A program made the position numbers and the translations under genes. A DNA stretch of 61,520 bases, the filler included, from Rhabdomonas costata (taxonomy: Eukaryota): NCBI GenBank assembly GCA_019059605.1. It is 24 parts of 24 records of this genome, joined end to end, with 100 filler letters (N's around TTAATTAATTAA, not from the genome) between each part and the next. Parts side by side here need not be neighbours in the genome. Positions count along the whole stretch, not along the records: positions 23,134 to 25,602 come from JAHMHO010003270.1; positions 25,703 to 28,170 come from JAHMHO010003271.1; positions 28,271 to 30,742 come from JAHMHO010003272.1; positions 30,843 to 33,309 come from JAHMHO010003273.1; positions 33,410 to 35,876 come from JAHMHO010003274.1; positions 35,977 to 38,442 come from JAHMHO010003275.1; 18 more parts are not named here. One strand, written 5' to 3'. Below, piece by piece: positions 24,267-36,238 of this stretch. A model generated the notes under the pieces. The model saw nothing but the letters and a program-made list of their open reading frames with translations. It had not been told where the DNA came from and did not search any database. Within the stretch, counting starts at the first letter, position 1. Each line of letters begins with the position of its first letter.

Positions 24267-24910
24267 ATGGAAGACACCCTAAGCTGCTCCGTCTGCAAGG
24301 CACTGCCTCTTTCTTTCGCCGCCCTCCCTTCCTCCCTTCCCTTCCCTGCATGCTCGCTCGGTATCTGATGCGTGCGTTGTTATAGCAAGGCGACCATACT
24401 CACACCTAACCATTTCATTACAAAACGATACCCCGGTTTGTTTAGAGGATAATCACCGCCGCACCCCGCAACGCTGATCCTGTCTTCTGGCAACTTTGAT
24501 GAGTTTGGGTGCAGTGTTTGCGTTCCCTAAATCTGTTTTCTCTCGCTCCGTGCCGGGTGCCCCTGTGCGCCGTTGCCAGCTCTAAATCATTACACCGTCC
24601 AACACCCCCCCCCCCGTCCTAAAAGGGCATCGCTGCACTGTAAAAACGGCTCCCCCCTCACACGCTCCCTTGGGGAAGGCACATGATTGAGGACTTCTGT
24701 GCATCCGCTTGTTCCTTCGTTTGCGTTTCTTCGTATGCCCGAAGGGTCTGTTCCACAAGCCGGTCACCGTGGTGCCCTGCATGCACAGCTTTTGCGCGGG
24801 GTGCATCAGCCGGTGGCGGCAGCGCAGCAACACGTGCCCGCAGTGCCGCGTGGCGATTTCCATGATGAGCCGCAACCACCTGGTTGCCAACCTAGTGGAG
24901 CAGTACGGCG
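24267..24910 (+). CDS. RING-HC E3 ligase domain, CHFR/RNF8-like (partial, 2 exons)
   Basis: Exons 24267-24299 and 24745-~24910 (GC-AG intron) give MEDTLSCSVCKGLFHKPVTVVPCMHSFCAGCISRWRQRSNTCPQCR...RNHLVANLVEQY, a complete C3HC4 pattern with a CHFR-like tail. Confidence 0.88.
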
Positions 24911-25106
24911 GCGCACACCTGCCCCTTCCTCACTCTCTGAACGCTTCTTGGTAGCCTGTGTAAATTTTGGTCCTCACTTGTTTGTTTCTGTGTTGTGGTT
25001 CGAGTGTCTGTCGTCTCACCTGGCGGCATCTACCCGTGTCCCCCAGGGATGGACTCTTCATTTCTGGCGAGGACTCAAGGGAACCTGTTCTGTTCGCACC
25101 CCACAG

Positions 25107-25246
25107 ATTTCACGCCGAACTCGACGCTGTGAACGAATACAAATACACTGCTCTCCACTGGGCCGCTATCAAGGGCCATGCCGCCTGGGACTCAAGGGAA
25201 CCTGTTCTGTTCGCGCCCCACAGATTCGTGGAATTGCTTTTGTCGG
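25107..25246 (+). CDS. Ankyrin-repeat exon(s), interrupted by a 39-nt duplicated segment
   Basis: HAELDAVNEYKYTALHWAAIKGHAA...FVELLLS matches the ankyrin consensus. An in-phase link to the RING exon is not evident. Confidence 0.7.
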
Positions 25247-25726
25247 GTTCTGTGTGAAGGCATCCCCAGGAAAAGACAATCCCTTTCAGAAAAAACGAGA
25301 GAGAAATAATGGCTCGTTAAATGGGTCTAAAACGAGAAGGATCGGCCACGCAGGAGGCCTGCTGTACTGGCAAAAAGACCCCAGGCCTGTTTCGGCTTGG
25401 CCCTCTACCGATGGCCTTGAAGCACTCCATCTGTCGTCCACGGGGACCGCGAGCTCTGCTGCTCCCAACGGAGGTACTCTTGCCACAACGCCCTGTGACT
25501 CGAGTCATCAGAGGTTGGGGTGTAGGGCGGTGTACCATAGAGGTTCTTGGTCTCTTATTCAAACAAAGGAAATGGGTGCTTCTGGAAGCCCCCCCCCACC
25601 CCNNNNNNNNNNNNNNNNNNNNNNNNNNNNNNNNNNNNNNNNNNNNTTAATTAATTAANNNNNNNNNNNNNNNNNNNNNNNNNNNNNNNNNNNNNNNNNN
25701 NNGTGGTGTTGTCTTGATTTCTTTAG

Positions 25727-28161
25727 AAACCGATCTGGCCGTGCAGGAGGTGTTCCGGCTGGAGCCGGTGAAAGGAAAGCTGGCCTCTGGGCACAGCGCT
25801 CAGGTACGGGGCCCAATCTCATCTTTTTCTCCTTATCCCTCATTCCTGTTTTTTGCTGGCCGCCTCTCTTGCACGTTGTGGGTGCGACGTCAAACCCTCA
25901 GGCTGCGAGAGGAAGAAGCGGCACAAGAGTGGAAGAGATAAAATGAACCTCCTGAAGGGCCACTGCCAGCGCGTACAACGACGGCGTCACAGCCTTATTG
26001 TCTTAAGTGTGCAGTCAAAAATGAAGATCCGAGGCGCTTCACCTTCAGCCCCCCAAGGGAGATATTTTGTGTTTTGTGAAGAAAAAGACTTTCCCTTTTT
26101 TCCTGCATTCCCCATTCCCTATTCTCCATCCACCTCTTATCCCAACAAATCCCTGGGCCGCGGTATAGGTGCACCTGATGTTCTCCCCGCTGGAGGTGCG
26201 GCCGTACGAAATGCACATCCCAGTGTACCTGGACCGCAACCGCGAGACAACGTACACCACCATCGTGGTGAAGGGCAACGGATGCTGCCCTTCCCTGGTG
26301 TTTGACCGCCAGGAGGTGAGCCTTCCGGTCACCCCTGTCGGAGTGCCCTCCAAGGCGATGTTCTTCGTCGGCAACGAAGGCATGCGCCTGTCTGGGAGCT
26401 GAGGAAGGTTGGGGGTCGGGGGTTCCAGTCGGGGGTTGCAGTCCTTCCATTCCTCCCATTTGCTACTTTTTTAACATGCCCCCTGGTAGAATGAGGGTTG
26501 GATAAACTTGGGTGCTATTTTTGGGAGCGATTTTCTCACCACCCTTATCAACCAACATACCCTCAATGGAACGGAACGGACAATGGTGGAGAAGATACTG
26601 CTATATTTTTAAGCAGGATTATCAACACCGACACCAAGAAGCAGTTCGGCTTCAATTGGTGTTTATAAACCTTGGCCTGCCCAAATTGTAGTGTAAAAAA
26701 TGTACAGCAGTATTTGAGTGGATCACAATACGCGCGTTGGTGCAAAGTTTGTGTTAACAACGTGCTTACGTGAATGCCGATGGCGCTACGCAGGGTACGA
26801 GCAGCTTGAGGTGAAGGCCCAACTGCCGTTCGCCGACACTAACAAGATCCCCCTAACCTTCACAACCCCTGAGGGCACCCTTCTGAACGCCACGCGGTCC
26901 AGCTTTCCGGTTGAGGTATCCTCTCCTCGTTCTAAGTGGATTCACTTGTGTACTTTCCACTTGCTTCGGTGGTCCCTCAATAACCCCCTTTCGGTATTGC
27001 ACAGCCTCGCTTCGTGTGAAGAAAGTGAAAAAAGGAAAGAAGAAGCGAGGTGTCGGGCAACAGACATGTTTTTGGCGAGATCGTGGGGTTGGGGAACAGG
27101 TCACGATGCTGTCCAAGAAGCCCATGTCCTTCACCGTAGGCATGGAGTTCTTGGACGAGGAGGGCAACAAGTTTACCATTCCCATCAGTGGTGTGCAAAA
27201 CCACCCTGCCCTTTTCTGTCGCAGCTCAACCCTTTCTGCGGAGCAAATGAGATGCTGATATGATTTGAGGTGGTTTAATTATCGTTCGATCGCCGAAGTC
27301 GGGGAACTGGACTGATTAACGCATAACCCCCCCCCTCCAACTTTTGACTCTATTCCTCTCCCGCTCGCGCGACTGCGTTTGGGGTTTGGTTTTCTCCTCT
27401 TCTTTTGCATCCGCGCATGCGTCTTTTTGCTGTGCTGTTTTTTCGACCTTGTAGACATCTCAACTCTCCCACCAGTTCTAAAGTCACATTTCCTTCCATT
27501 TACTTCACGTCTTTCGCTTCATTTTCGTTGTGTTGGCCCACTCCTGGACACTTTTTACCGGGTGGTGGGGCATCCCCCTAAAGGCTGCTGCGACAACTCC
27601 ATCCTCACTGTTTTTCCCCGCCTGCACCTCCGCGGCCCGGACACCTATGCCTTCGAGGCCGAGGAGGGAAAGCCAGTCGTGTACACAGAGGCGGACGACA
27701 CAGATAACGGGTGTGGTGTGTGTACGGTCGGTGATGATTAATGCGCCAGCGAGACGTCCTTTGCACCTCTATTCAGCAGAACAAGATGGGATGAGGAGCA
27801 CTCCCCAAACGCCGTGACCTGCTGTCTTTGCTGGGGGAAGCAACTTTTGACTTTCCAGGAATTATGCACTCGTCGCTCGTCGGATTATCTGCGTTCTCGA
27901 TATTCATGCTGTCTGAAGGCAAGACCAAAACCACTGACCACTCCAAAAGAGTGCTTTTTATGAGGCTTCGGAAAAATGCGTTCTGTTACACCTGCTTTAA
28001 TGGATGGATGGCCAATTATCGATCAAGGTCACTAAGATTATGGTAAGCTGCCTTTATTCGCCCCCACTCGATGGCACACCCTTTCTTCCGCGCAGGTCTG
28101 GAGACTTTAGCGTCGCGGACACGCCTCGCTCTGCTGCGAGCCGCCGCACCAATGCGACCTC
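25727..28161 (+). CDS. CFAP47: Cilia- and flagella-associated protein 47-like, Ig-like/ASH region (partial, 6 exons)
   Basis: Exons 25727-25803, 26169-26379, 26794-26915, 27100-27190, 27584-27710, 28096-28161 in phase: IPVYLD...KGNGCCPSLVFDRQEVSLPVTPVG...NEGYE...KKPMSFTVGMEFLDEEGNKFTIPISGCCDNSILT, recalled as CFAP47-type. Confidence 0.78.
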
Positions 28162-28957
28162 GTAGGTCATNNNNNNNNNNNNNNNNNNNNNNNNNNNNNN
28201 NNNNNNNNNNNNNNTTAATTAATTAANNNNNNNNNNNNNNNNNNNNNNNNNNNNNNNNNNNNNNNNNNNNGGACTGACTGGCGCACGCGCTGTTGGCCAC
28301 GGGTGCTCGCGAGAGGTACCGTTGGGGCGAACGGTGCCGTGGGGAACCCGCTCACCGCCGAACGTTCCACATTTCCCTTGGAATTCCAAGTTGAAGTTTC
28401 TGGGCACCCCTGCGGGACGGTTGTTATGGGATTGATATGCGCCTCTTCGGGTTTCGCTCCCCGGATTGTCGACGTGTCTGTGGTGCATCCCCTGCACCCA
28501 TCCCCTCTTTCGCGGAGGTCTACCCAGGCACGGCGGCGGCTCGCCGAGAGTTGGCCCTTCTGCCCCGATGTGTGGGTGTGTTTCGGCAGACGCTGCACCT
28601 GCCTGTGACCGGGTGGGTTTTCGAGGGGGGGGTTGCCATTTTGGAGCATATGCGTTGTGCATGGAACCCGCTGGGCAGGCAGATACTCCTATTCCGCTGT
28701 GGTGAAATGTAGTGCCCTGAGGCTCGAAATAGGATTATGGGGATCTCACTGCGAGCACCCAGGCAGTGCACGTTGTATGCTGGAGGCATATTTTCTTTTC
28801 ATTCATCTTTTTGGTCACTGCTTTCTTCTTCAGCCATTTGACCGCCCAACTCCCAGAATACCGCCCATGGAAACACTCCAACCCCAGGGTGCTAAGTCGT
28901 GTGAGCAAACAGAGTGGATGAAATGAAGCAGAGGACGGGAGTGGGCCTCCCGTATAC

Positions 28958-29107
28958 CTCAGACACGGAGGCGTAAGCACGCCGAAAGTCCCTCTTGAAA
29001 CCCTCAAACAGATCCCGGAGCTTGCCCACGTGAAAGGGGAGCCCAGCCACCGAAGGGATGCCCACCAACACCACCATGAGCAGAAGACTGCGCAGAGGGG
29101 TGGCCAT
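28958..29107 (-). CDS. First exon of a papain-family (C1A) cysteine protease: signal peptide plus start of the I29 prodomain
   Basis: MATPLRSLLLMVVLVGIPSVAG (signal-like) then LFEGFKRDFRRAYASVSE, matching the F..FK..F.R.Y.S..E prodomain start; GTATAC donor. The next exon is not found in this contig. Confidence 0.7.
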
Positions 29108-29816
29108 TTAGTAGCCACTCACCACTCTCCGATCCTGTCGTCTTTTCGAGCAGTCAACGAAGACAACCCAAAAAGGGTTCCGAAAAGACCCCTTGAACCC
29201 AAAACCCAAAGAAGGAAAGTGCGTGCAACAAAACAAGCAAGTTCTCTTGCACGTGCATGCGGGTATGAACACAACCGCGGCCTTTTGGGATGGGAATAGA
29301 TGGAAGAAGAGCGTGTGACATTGGGTTACTAAGGTGCTGATCTTGATGAATTTTCTGCTGCCTTCCCCATCCGCCGCAGATAAGAGTACTTAGAGTTCAC
29401 TTGTGTGAACAAGGTCACCCACCATAACCGAGGACCTTTTTCCGTGCACAGTGCACGTCGGTTACCACTTTACCAGAGCTCATTGCCTTCGATTCACTTT
29501 GGTGGCAGCTATTCCTAATTCCTCATATTCCACATGCGGGAATGGACTCCACAGCCCAGTCCTCTAGGACGGATCGCGAAGGGGACCGTTGACCAACTGG
29601 GCTCGGGCCTTCCTCCTCAGTTCTCGTGGAGTTGCTCGTGCATGCCGAAAAGTCATCGAGGGTGGTTTCCTGTTCTCTGCCAATGGCCTCACCCCCCCTC
29701 CTCCTCCTGAGGTGGTGGGGGTGGCAAAGAAGGCAAAAAGAAAGGCAATTATTTCATGCACGCAAGTATTCGAGGAATTCATGGAGGTAATGCAAATTAT
29801 AAAGAGCGGGGGATAC

Positions 29817-30742
29817 GGAGGTGGTGCAGCTGCAGGTGCACGTGGTCCCTCTTGGGGCCCACCCCACGGCCCTCCATGATCTCCAGGGTGATCGCCCGGG
29901 AGACGACATCACGGCTGGCCAGATCCTTCGCGCTGGGGGCGTACCTGCACCACAAAAAAGAAGCAGACCCTCTCCGTCGTCCTCCTTCACACACAAAAGG
30001 CTAGCTCCACTCGGAAACTGAGAGATTAGTATGTAACATTCCGAACAGAAACATGCAAACGAGCGCAATAATTCGGGAAACGCAGGTCAAGCAGTCATAC
30101 AAAAGGAACGCGCCATGGCATCATGAAAACACGCAATAAACAGATCATTTTTTAATCTTCACTTCAACATCGTAGGCCTATCATTGGGGTGGGGACTCCC
30201 TGGAGAAAGCCCCACCCCGGTGAGGAAAGAACCTTCAAGTACCCACGAGGAAGGTGGATAACAACCTACTTTACTCGATCATTCCGAACAGAAAAATTTC
30301 CTTCCTGTTTATGCCACTGATCTCAAAATTGTTTCGAAAAGGACAGTCCTTTGAGCAAGCCGTGCACCATCATCCCCAAACATCAGGCGACGCACTGACT
30401 GCACTGATTTTGTACTGCTCAGCGCTAGAACTTGTGCTCTTACTGCTCTGCCATAAGTCTCAGTTTACGGTGGAGCCTACTATGCACCGCCACCCAAACC
30501 CAAAACGGTCCGTCAAGCATACAACGAAGGTGAACGTACGCAGACCCACCAAACATAAACTTCAGAGAAAAAGAGGCCACGACAAGATAAGCAGGCGTGA
30601 TCAGGCGAAAGGAGACAAACAAGCTGAACAACTTTCAGTCGGTCCAGAAAAAGGCGACAGAAAGGAGGGGCGAGGTTTTGAGGGGTGACAGCACCGTTCC
30701 ATGAACCGCTCACCCTCGCTGTTGATCAGGAACCCACCAACA
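29817..30742 (-). CDS. SDH1: Succinate dehydrogenase flavoprotein subunit (partial, 2 exons)
   Basis: Exons >30742-30695 and 29944-29817 give [57 protein letters not shown], a highly conserved SdhA/SDH1 segment; GT-AG intron. Confidence 0.96.
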
Positions 30743-30937
30743 NNNNNNNNNNNNNNNNNNNNNNNNNNNNNNNNNNNNNNNNNNNNTTAATTAATTAANN
30801 NNNNNNNNNNNNNNNNNNNNNNNNNNNNNNNNNNNNNNNNNNTTGTGTTGTTCCCTTTGCCTGCAAATCTCAAGAAATGGTCGGTTGGAAACAGCCGTCA
30901 TTTTTTTTGGAGGAGGGAGGGGGGGGGGCAGAGGGAC

Positions 30938-33155
30938 CGTCAATCGCTGCTGAAGTGGAGTATCCCGCAGCGATGTCTACGATCTTGGGAAGGCCCTCGA
31001 CAACCTGGCAAACGGACGCATAAATGACAACTCTGAATGCGGTCCAAGTCAAGCGTACGTCCCCACGATGAAATCATGGCATCAATCGTGACACCAGACA
31101 CTAGTGGAACCCCGGCTAGGGTGGTGTCCGCATTAGCATTTTAGATTGAGGTAAATGGCATACAATGTCATGGCGTTGTGGAATGCAAAGCATAAGATGG
31201 GAGCCATCATGGAGCACAACACAACAAAGAAGAAAAACAGCAGACCAAAGTCTCGCTCTGCAAAAAACTCACGGTGTTTTCACCCGCAGTTCCTTTGCGC
31301 ACGGGGGGTGACGGCACACCATAGGCATATGGTAGTCATAGTACTGTCCAAGCAGTGCCTTCTGGCTCTCCCCGAGCCCGAGCTGCCCTCCTGGAGGGGA
31401 CCGATGACAAAGTCAGCATGTGCAAATATCAAAATCATACATCCCACAAGCAGGAAAGCACAAAACATTATGTGGGATCCAATCTTCCTCACAGTACTTT
31501 TTAACAAGGTAGGTGCTTTTTCTGAAGAATTTCTTTCCCATCAACATGACCAATACGACGAGGGTTCCCTCGCACGACCTTGGGCACCAGGTAAACAAAG
31601 GAGTGAGAACTCCTGGGTCCGTAAAATAATTACATTCAGTCATCTCCTCTGCAGGGAACTGCTCACAACTGCAGTTGTGACCTTTCAAAGGGCACGGGAG
31701 GGAACATGGCGGTGTTTCTCAACGACACGAGTGGACCTAATTGATACAAAACTAAAAAACCTCCAATTTCCATCCCGATATTCGTCTCCGTGCCAAAACT
31801 TGGCCTCTGACCGAAAGAGGCCGAAATGAGCAGAACGGCACTCAGGGCAAATTCAAAGCACACCCTCGTTGCTTCCCCAGGCAAAAACACGACCGTCATC
31901 TGAATGAAAAGTATTGCCATGAAAAAACAGACAGTAAGAAAGGGAGGGGGGGGGGGTGAGAGAAATCGGAGGCAACATTCTGAGCTATATTTTTCCCTCC
32001 GCTGCTTTGAGACAAAAAAACGCAAACGCTGTTAATTGGAAACCTGCGACTGGTTCCAACATTCTCCTTTCAAAAAAGTTTTCAAAAATGCAGACATTAA
32101 ACATAACTCTCTGAGCGAGAACCCATGAAATGAACGTGGCAAACGTGGAGTAACTTTGAGGAATGGCAATAGAAAAGAGGAGTTTCCTCGCGAGTTGATA
32201 TACCAAACGCAAGGCTTGTGCGTGGAAACATTTCCACAAAGCAGCACGTACCAGTAAGGGCAAGCATGTGCTTGCCTTTGGTGTGCACCTTCACCACGTT
32301 GAACTGAAACACAAAACAAGGAAGAAGAGGTGTTTTGTTTCCAAGCACATATTCTTCTGCGTGAGGGTCATCCATCGGCATGTGTCTGCCTCCTCTACCG
32401 GCCTCCGCACGTACACCAATCTCCGACTCTTCGCACATTTCCAGGGGCCTGGGTGAACCTTTTTGAAACCTTGAAGGCCTGTAGAGCCCCCATTAGCATT
32501 CCCCAAGCAATTTGTTACTGCTGCGCGAAAACTGCCACGGTGAAAAAAGACAGGCAAGGCAACACCCCACTTCCCGGGGAATACCGAATCCAGATAGGAA
32601 AGCTGCTTCGGCGCCCTCACAACGCTCCGGCTGTTATGGCCAGTTCGCCCATTCCAGCCTGAATAATGAACAGAAATTTGTCAATGGAAATTCTGCACCA
32701 CCCCCACCCCCAAAAGCCGGCGAGAGTTGCCTCAGTTATAAAAAAACAACTACAGCAATCTGCCACACTGCTCAGACAAAAGTTTAAAGCTCTGTATGTA
32801 AGAGGTTCAGGTGCAAGGAATGTTTCGCGAGAACTCAAAAATAGAAAGAGCACCGAAGTGCAGATGCGGTGAGTGGGAACGGCTCGCAGAGCCCTAACTT
32901 CTCACGAGTCTGCTTCTGAGAAGAAAGGGGACTTGAAACAATGAACGCGCACCCCCAGACAGTTTTTTCCGTTACATTTAGTATCAGCCAAAAGTGTACA
33001 AGCACTGTTAGCATAGTAAAGACCACCACTCGTACACAAAAAACCGCAAACAAAAACTGTTCGCGCGTACCCGAGCCCCACGTGAAGACCAGTCGTTGCT
33101 TTGTGCCGGTGCTCAGATGGCGCATCCCTCCGGATGCCGCGGTTCGCTGCCAAAA
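30938..33155 (-). CDS. RCC1-repeat beta-propeller protein (partial, 6 exons)
   Basis: Exons 33155-33071, 32658-32585, 32303-32252, 31899-31864, 31390-31320, 31004-30938, all GT-AG and in phase: LVFTWGSGWNGRTGH...APKQLSYLDSFNVVKVHTKGKHMLALTDDGRVFAWGSNEGGQLGLG...PMVVEGLPKIVDIAAGYSTSAAID. Confidence 0.92.
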
Positions 33156-33558
33156 CTGAGAAAAAACAAAACTGTGTAACTTCAGTGGCCTTGTTAGCAA
33201 AACCTAAGAACCATCTTAACGCCAACACGCACGGATTTGGCTTCCAACAAAACGGTCTGAGTGCTCTTGAGTCCACTTCCGTCCTTGCGCAAAAAGAATA
33301 CACAAACCCNNNNNNNNNNNNNNNNNNNNNNNNNNNNNNNNNNNNNNNNNNNNTTAATTAATTAANNNNNNNNNNNNNNNNNNNNNNNNNNNNNNNNNNN
33401 NNNNNNNNNTGTGGGTGGGTTTTTGTTGGAAAGCTGGGATCAAGATGAGGTGAATCTGCGTGTTCTGTGAAGCTGTGCTTTTTTTTTTGGCCGTTTCAAA
33501 AGATAGTTGGTCCCCGTATCGGTTTCCATTGATAGTGTTTGGGGGGGGGGGTCTTCAG

Positions 33559-34541
33559 ATGTGTACCAGCAGCCCTTCTTCCCGGGTTCCGGTGTGGTGA
33601 CGGACGCCCGCCTTGGAGACAGCTGGGACCGTCGTCGCACCTTCGGAAGTATGCTCCATAGAAGAAAAATGGAATATGCAAACTTTCTGCTTCACTTTCT
33701 GAGCTGTGCGGAAGCCGGGGTAGAAGAACGTCTTGCCATTGTGTTGGTGTTAAGCGAATTGGCTGCTTGGGAACTTGGGAATGGTCGCCCCCACCCATTC
33801 CCCCATTGGGGGTAGGACCACTTACGTAAGCTCAGCTTCCCTCTATTCGATGGATGACTTACCAATTATGGACCCGTGGTGCAGAGTAGATAGTCTACGC
33901 CAACACCTGTCATCGCCAATCAGCTTGACAGGTTCCCCGGGAGGGGTGGGGGAGTGGTGGGGCACTGTACTCCCACCAGCCGCAAGTGCCTTGCCCCCCG
34001 CTCCGGATGCCAGTGGTTAAAATGTGGCATTCCGTCTTTTTTTTATGTCAAGGAGTGTCTCAAGGTGTCTCAAGGAGGGACTCCATAGTTCCGCAACGCG
34101 AGCAGGTGAGAGGCCCAAACATGAACTGTCACTGAGGCAAAGCCGCCAGAAAATTGGGTCCCCCGGGAATTAGCGGAAGTCCTACACATCCGTGCAGGGT
34201 TCAGCGACAGGAAACCTTTTTTAAAAATATTGAAAGCTTTTTGTGTCCCAAAAAATGTAGTAGGACAGACATAAGACAGAAAAGCACAATCCCTTTTTGA
34301 GAAATGGAGATTGGGGGTTACTGAGTGTTTGGGAGTTTTTTTCTGCGTGTCAAAAAGTAGGGTCAGCATTTGGGTCGTTTCGTTGAAGAAACGGGAAGGT
34401 GTTCGAGGGTCTTGTCCTGGTTTTTGGTGTCTTTCTTATGGTTGTGGCTTTGCAGACGCGTACACGCAGCCCCTGCTCCCCGCCCAAGGCTTACCGGTCA
34501 GCCGCTCCGCGGTGGAGGCGGTGGTCATTTCCTCCGTGTAG
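33559..34541 (+). CDS. Last two exons of a hypothetical protein
   Basis: Exons 33559-33648 and 34456-34541 join in phase 1 (VYQQPFFPGSGVVTDARLGDSWDRRRTFGNAYTQPLLPAQGLPVSRSAVEAVVISSV, then TAG). Confidence 0.6.
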
Positions 34542-36088
34542 CCGGCCCGCATAGGGCCAACCGCCCTCCTTCGGCGTCCTTGTACTTTTAGTGTCACGTC
34601 TCGGGCGCGTAATCTTTGGAAAGGCGTTCACCTCTGCCGCCGCAACATGTGACAAATCAGCTGCCCCTCTTTTTTGTCAGGTTTGGGGGGTGGGGCGTCT
34701 GCTTCGGGCGTAGTTGTATTCCATTCCGCACGTACTCACACCATTGCGGGAAAGTGCACGGACGTTTGAAGTGGGAGGGGGGGCAGGGTGTTAAAGCGGC
34801 AGAGGGATTTTTGCTCATGGATTTTGTGTGTCTTCTTTTCCGCTCTCAGTTCAGCTCTGCGTCCGGCACATTTGCTTTTTGTTCTTTTTCCTGCTGTTGG
34901 CAAACTTTCAGGGAACCCCATTCTCTGTGGGTGGGTGGCTTTGGCGGAGATAGCAGCTTTCCGTCTTTTTCTTTTTTTGTGCAAAAAACACCCTGTGCTC
35001 TGTTCCCAATGGTCTGGCTGGACGAATCTGGTGCGCGAGACGTTTGAGCTTTTGTCTGGCACAGCCTTGGGATGCCTCTGGAGGGGCGAGAGAGGGCGAA
35101 GAAGTTGTCGATTGCATGGTGATGGTGACACCTTCAGTTAATTCCGCGTGGATGGCAAGGTGATGCTCCTGCGACAGTCCTAATTTCGCAATACGGATGA
35201 GACTGCGGTGGTGGGTGCAGAAACGTCCAATACCTAAAATTCGAAAGGGTATGGGGAGCCGTGTGTCCTATTTTCTGGCATGTTGGTTGTTGATTTTGGA
35301 AAAGCTATTGGACGACTTTTCCCTAATTCAAGACCAGCAAGCTTTTGCCTCAAGATTTATTTTGCTTGTTCCAGACACAACATCATTAAAGCCATGCAGC
35401 AGCGGTGAGACACTATTTTTGGTTTGCTTTTCCATGGGCTCCCCTTCCCCACCTTCTTCATCCCTCCCTCCAGCGTATACATACCACCCACCGATACCTA
35501 GAGCCAAACGGCCCGAACGTCACCCCGTTAAGGCTGCTGGAAATCGAAACATCCCGGCCCAAACGGGTGCCAGCATGAAGCATCCTTGGATCTGCCCTCA
35601 GGTATGCGGGCCCAGCAGAAGAGTGGGCCTCCAAAGGAATTTTGGATGGTGGAGGACGAGGACCCTCCGCAAAGGTAGTTCCGATGTGCATTTATGTCAT
35701 CTGGGTTTTTGCAGCGCGCCTTTTGTCCTCCAAACCAGCACCGAAAACTTCCCGACAATGCAGCGCTACAGCCCACCCAACCCGTTCCTCCCTGCAGGTC
35801 CACCGTTTTTTCCTTCCCCCCATGTTCCATTCCTGCGCGAGCCACCTCGCTCACTTACCACACCTCCCACCCACACNNNNNNNNNNNNNNNNNNNNNNNN
35901 NNNNNNNNNNNNNNNNNNNNTTAATTAATTAANNNNNNNNNNNNNNNNNNNNNNNNNNNNNNNNNNNNNNNNNNNNTTGGCTGGATGTGCGGGATACCAA
36001 TGGTATGTGTCATTGCATTCGGGAGGGAAAACTTGCTCGCCTTGTTGTTGTGGGTTTTGTGCACCCGCACGCGGTGCTTTTTCGCCAG

Positions 36089-36238
36089 ATTCCCAGCACT
36101 TTGACAGAGAACCAGCGCCGAGCCATCCAATTCTTCGCCGAGGAGGAGTCCTCTGGGGCCCCGACGCAAAACAAGTACCGCGAGATGAAAGCCAAGTACG
36201 GCAACCTCTTGACCAACTCTGACCTTCGCCATGGATGA
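36089..36238 (+). CDS. Terminal exon of a DnaJ/Hsp40 (type I/II) C-terminal domain
   Basis: CCAG acceptor, then IPSTLTENQRRAIQFFAEEE matching the DnaJ dimerisation helix P..LT..Q...L..FA..E; TGA stop. Confidence 0.7.
   Translation: MPSTLTENQRRAIQFFAEEESSGAPTQNKYREMKAKYGNLLTNSDLRHG

Noticed and set aside
24687-25658. 323-aa ORF, and similar long ORFs such as 7664-8464, 35197-35928, 51308-51967, 4339-5028
   Set aside because: Off-frame shadows of GC-rich exons, intron read-through or extension through Ns; no recognisable protein over their length.
32380-32450. Apparent extra exon in the RCC1 gene (GPWKCAKSRRLVYVRRPVEE)
   Set aside because: The flanking exons already join in phase to give an intact RCC1 repeat; including it breaks phase.
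33694-33703. ACTTTCTGAG resembling the start of the euglenid spliced leader as I recall it
   Set aside because: Only 10 nt match, the continuation differs and it lies in an intron; compatible with chance.
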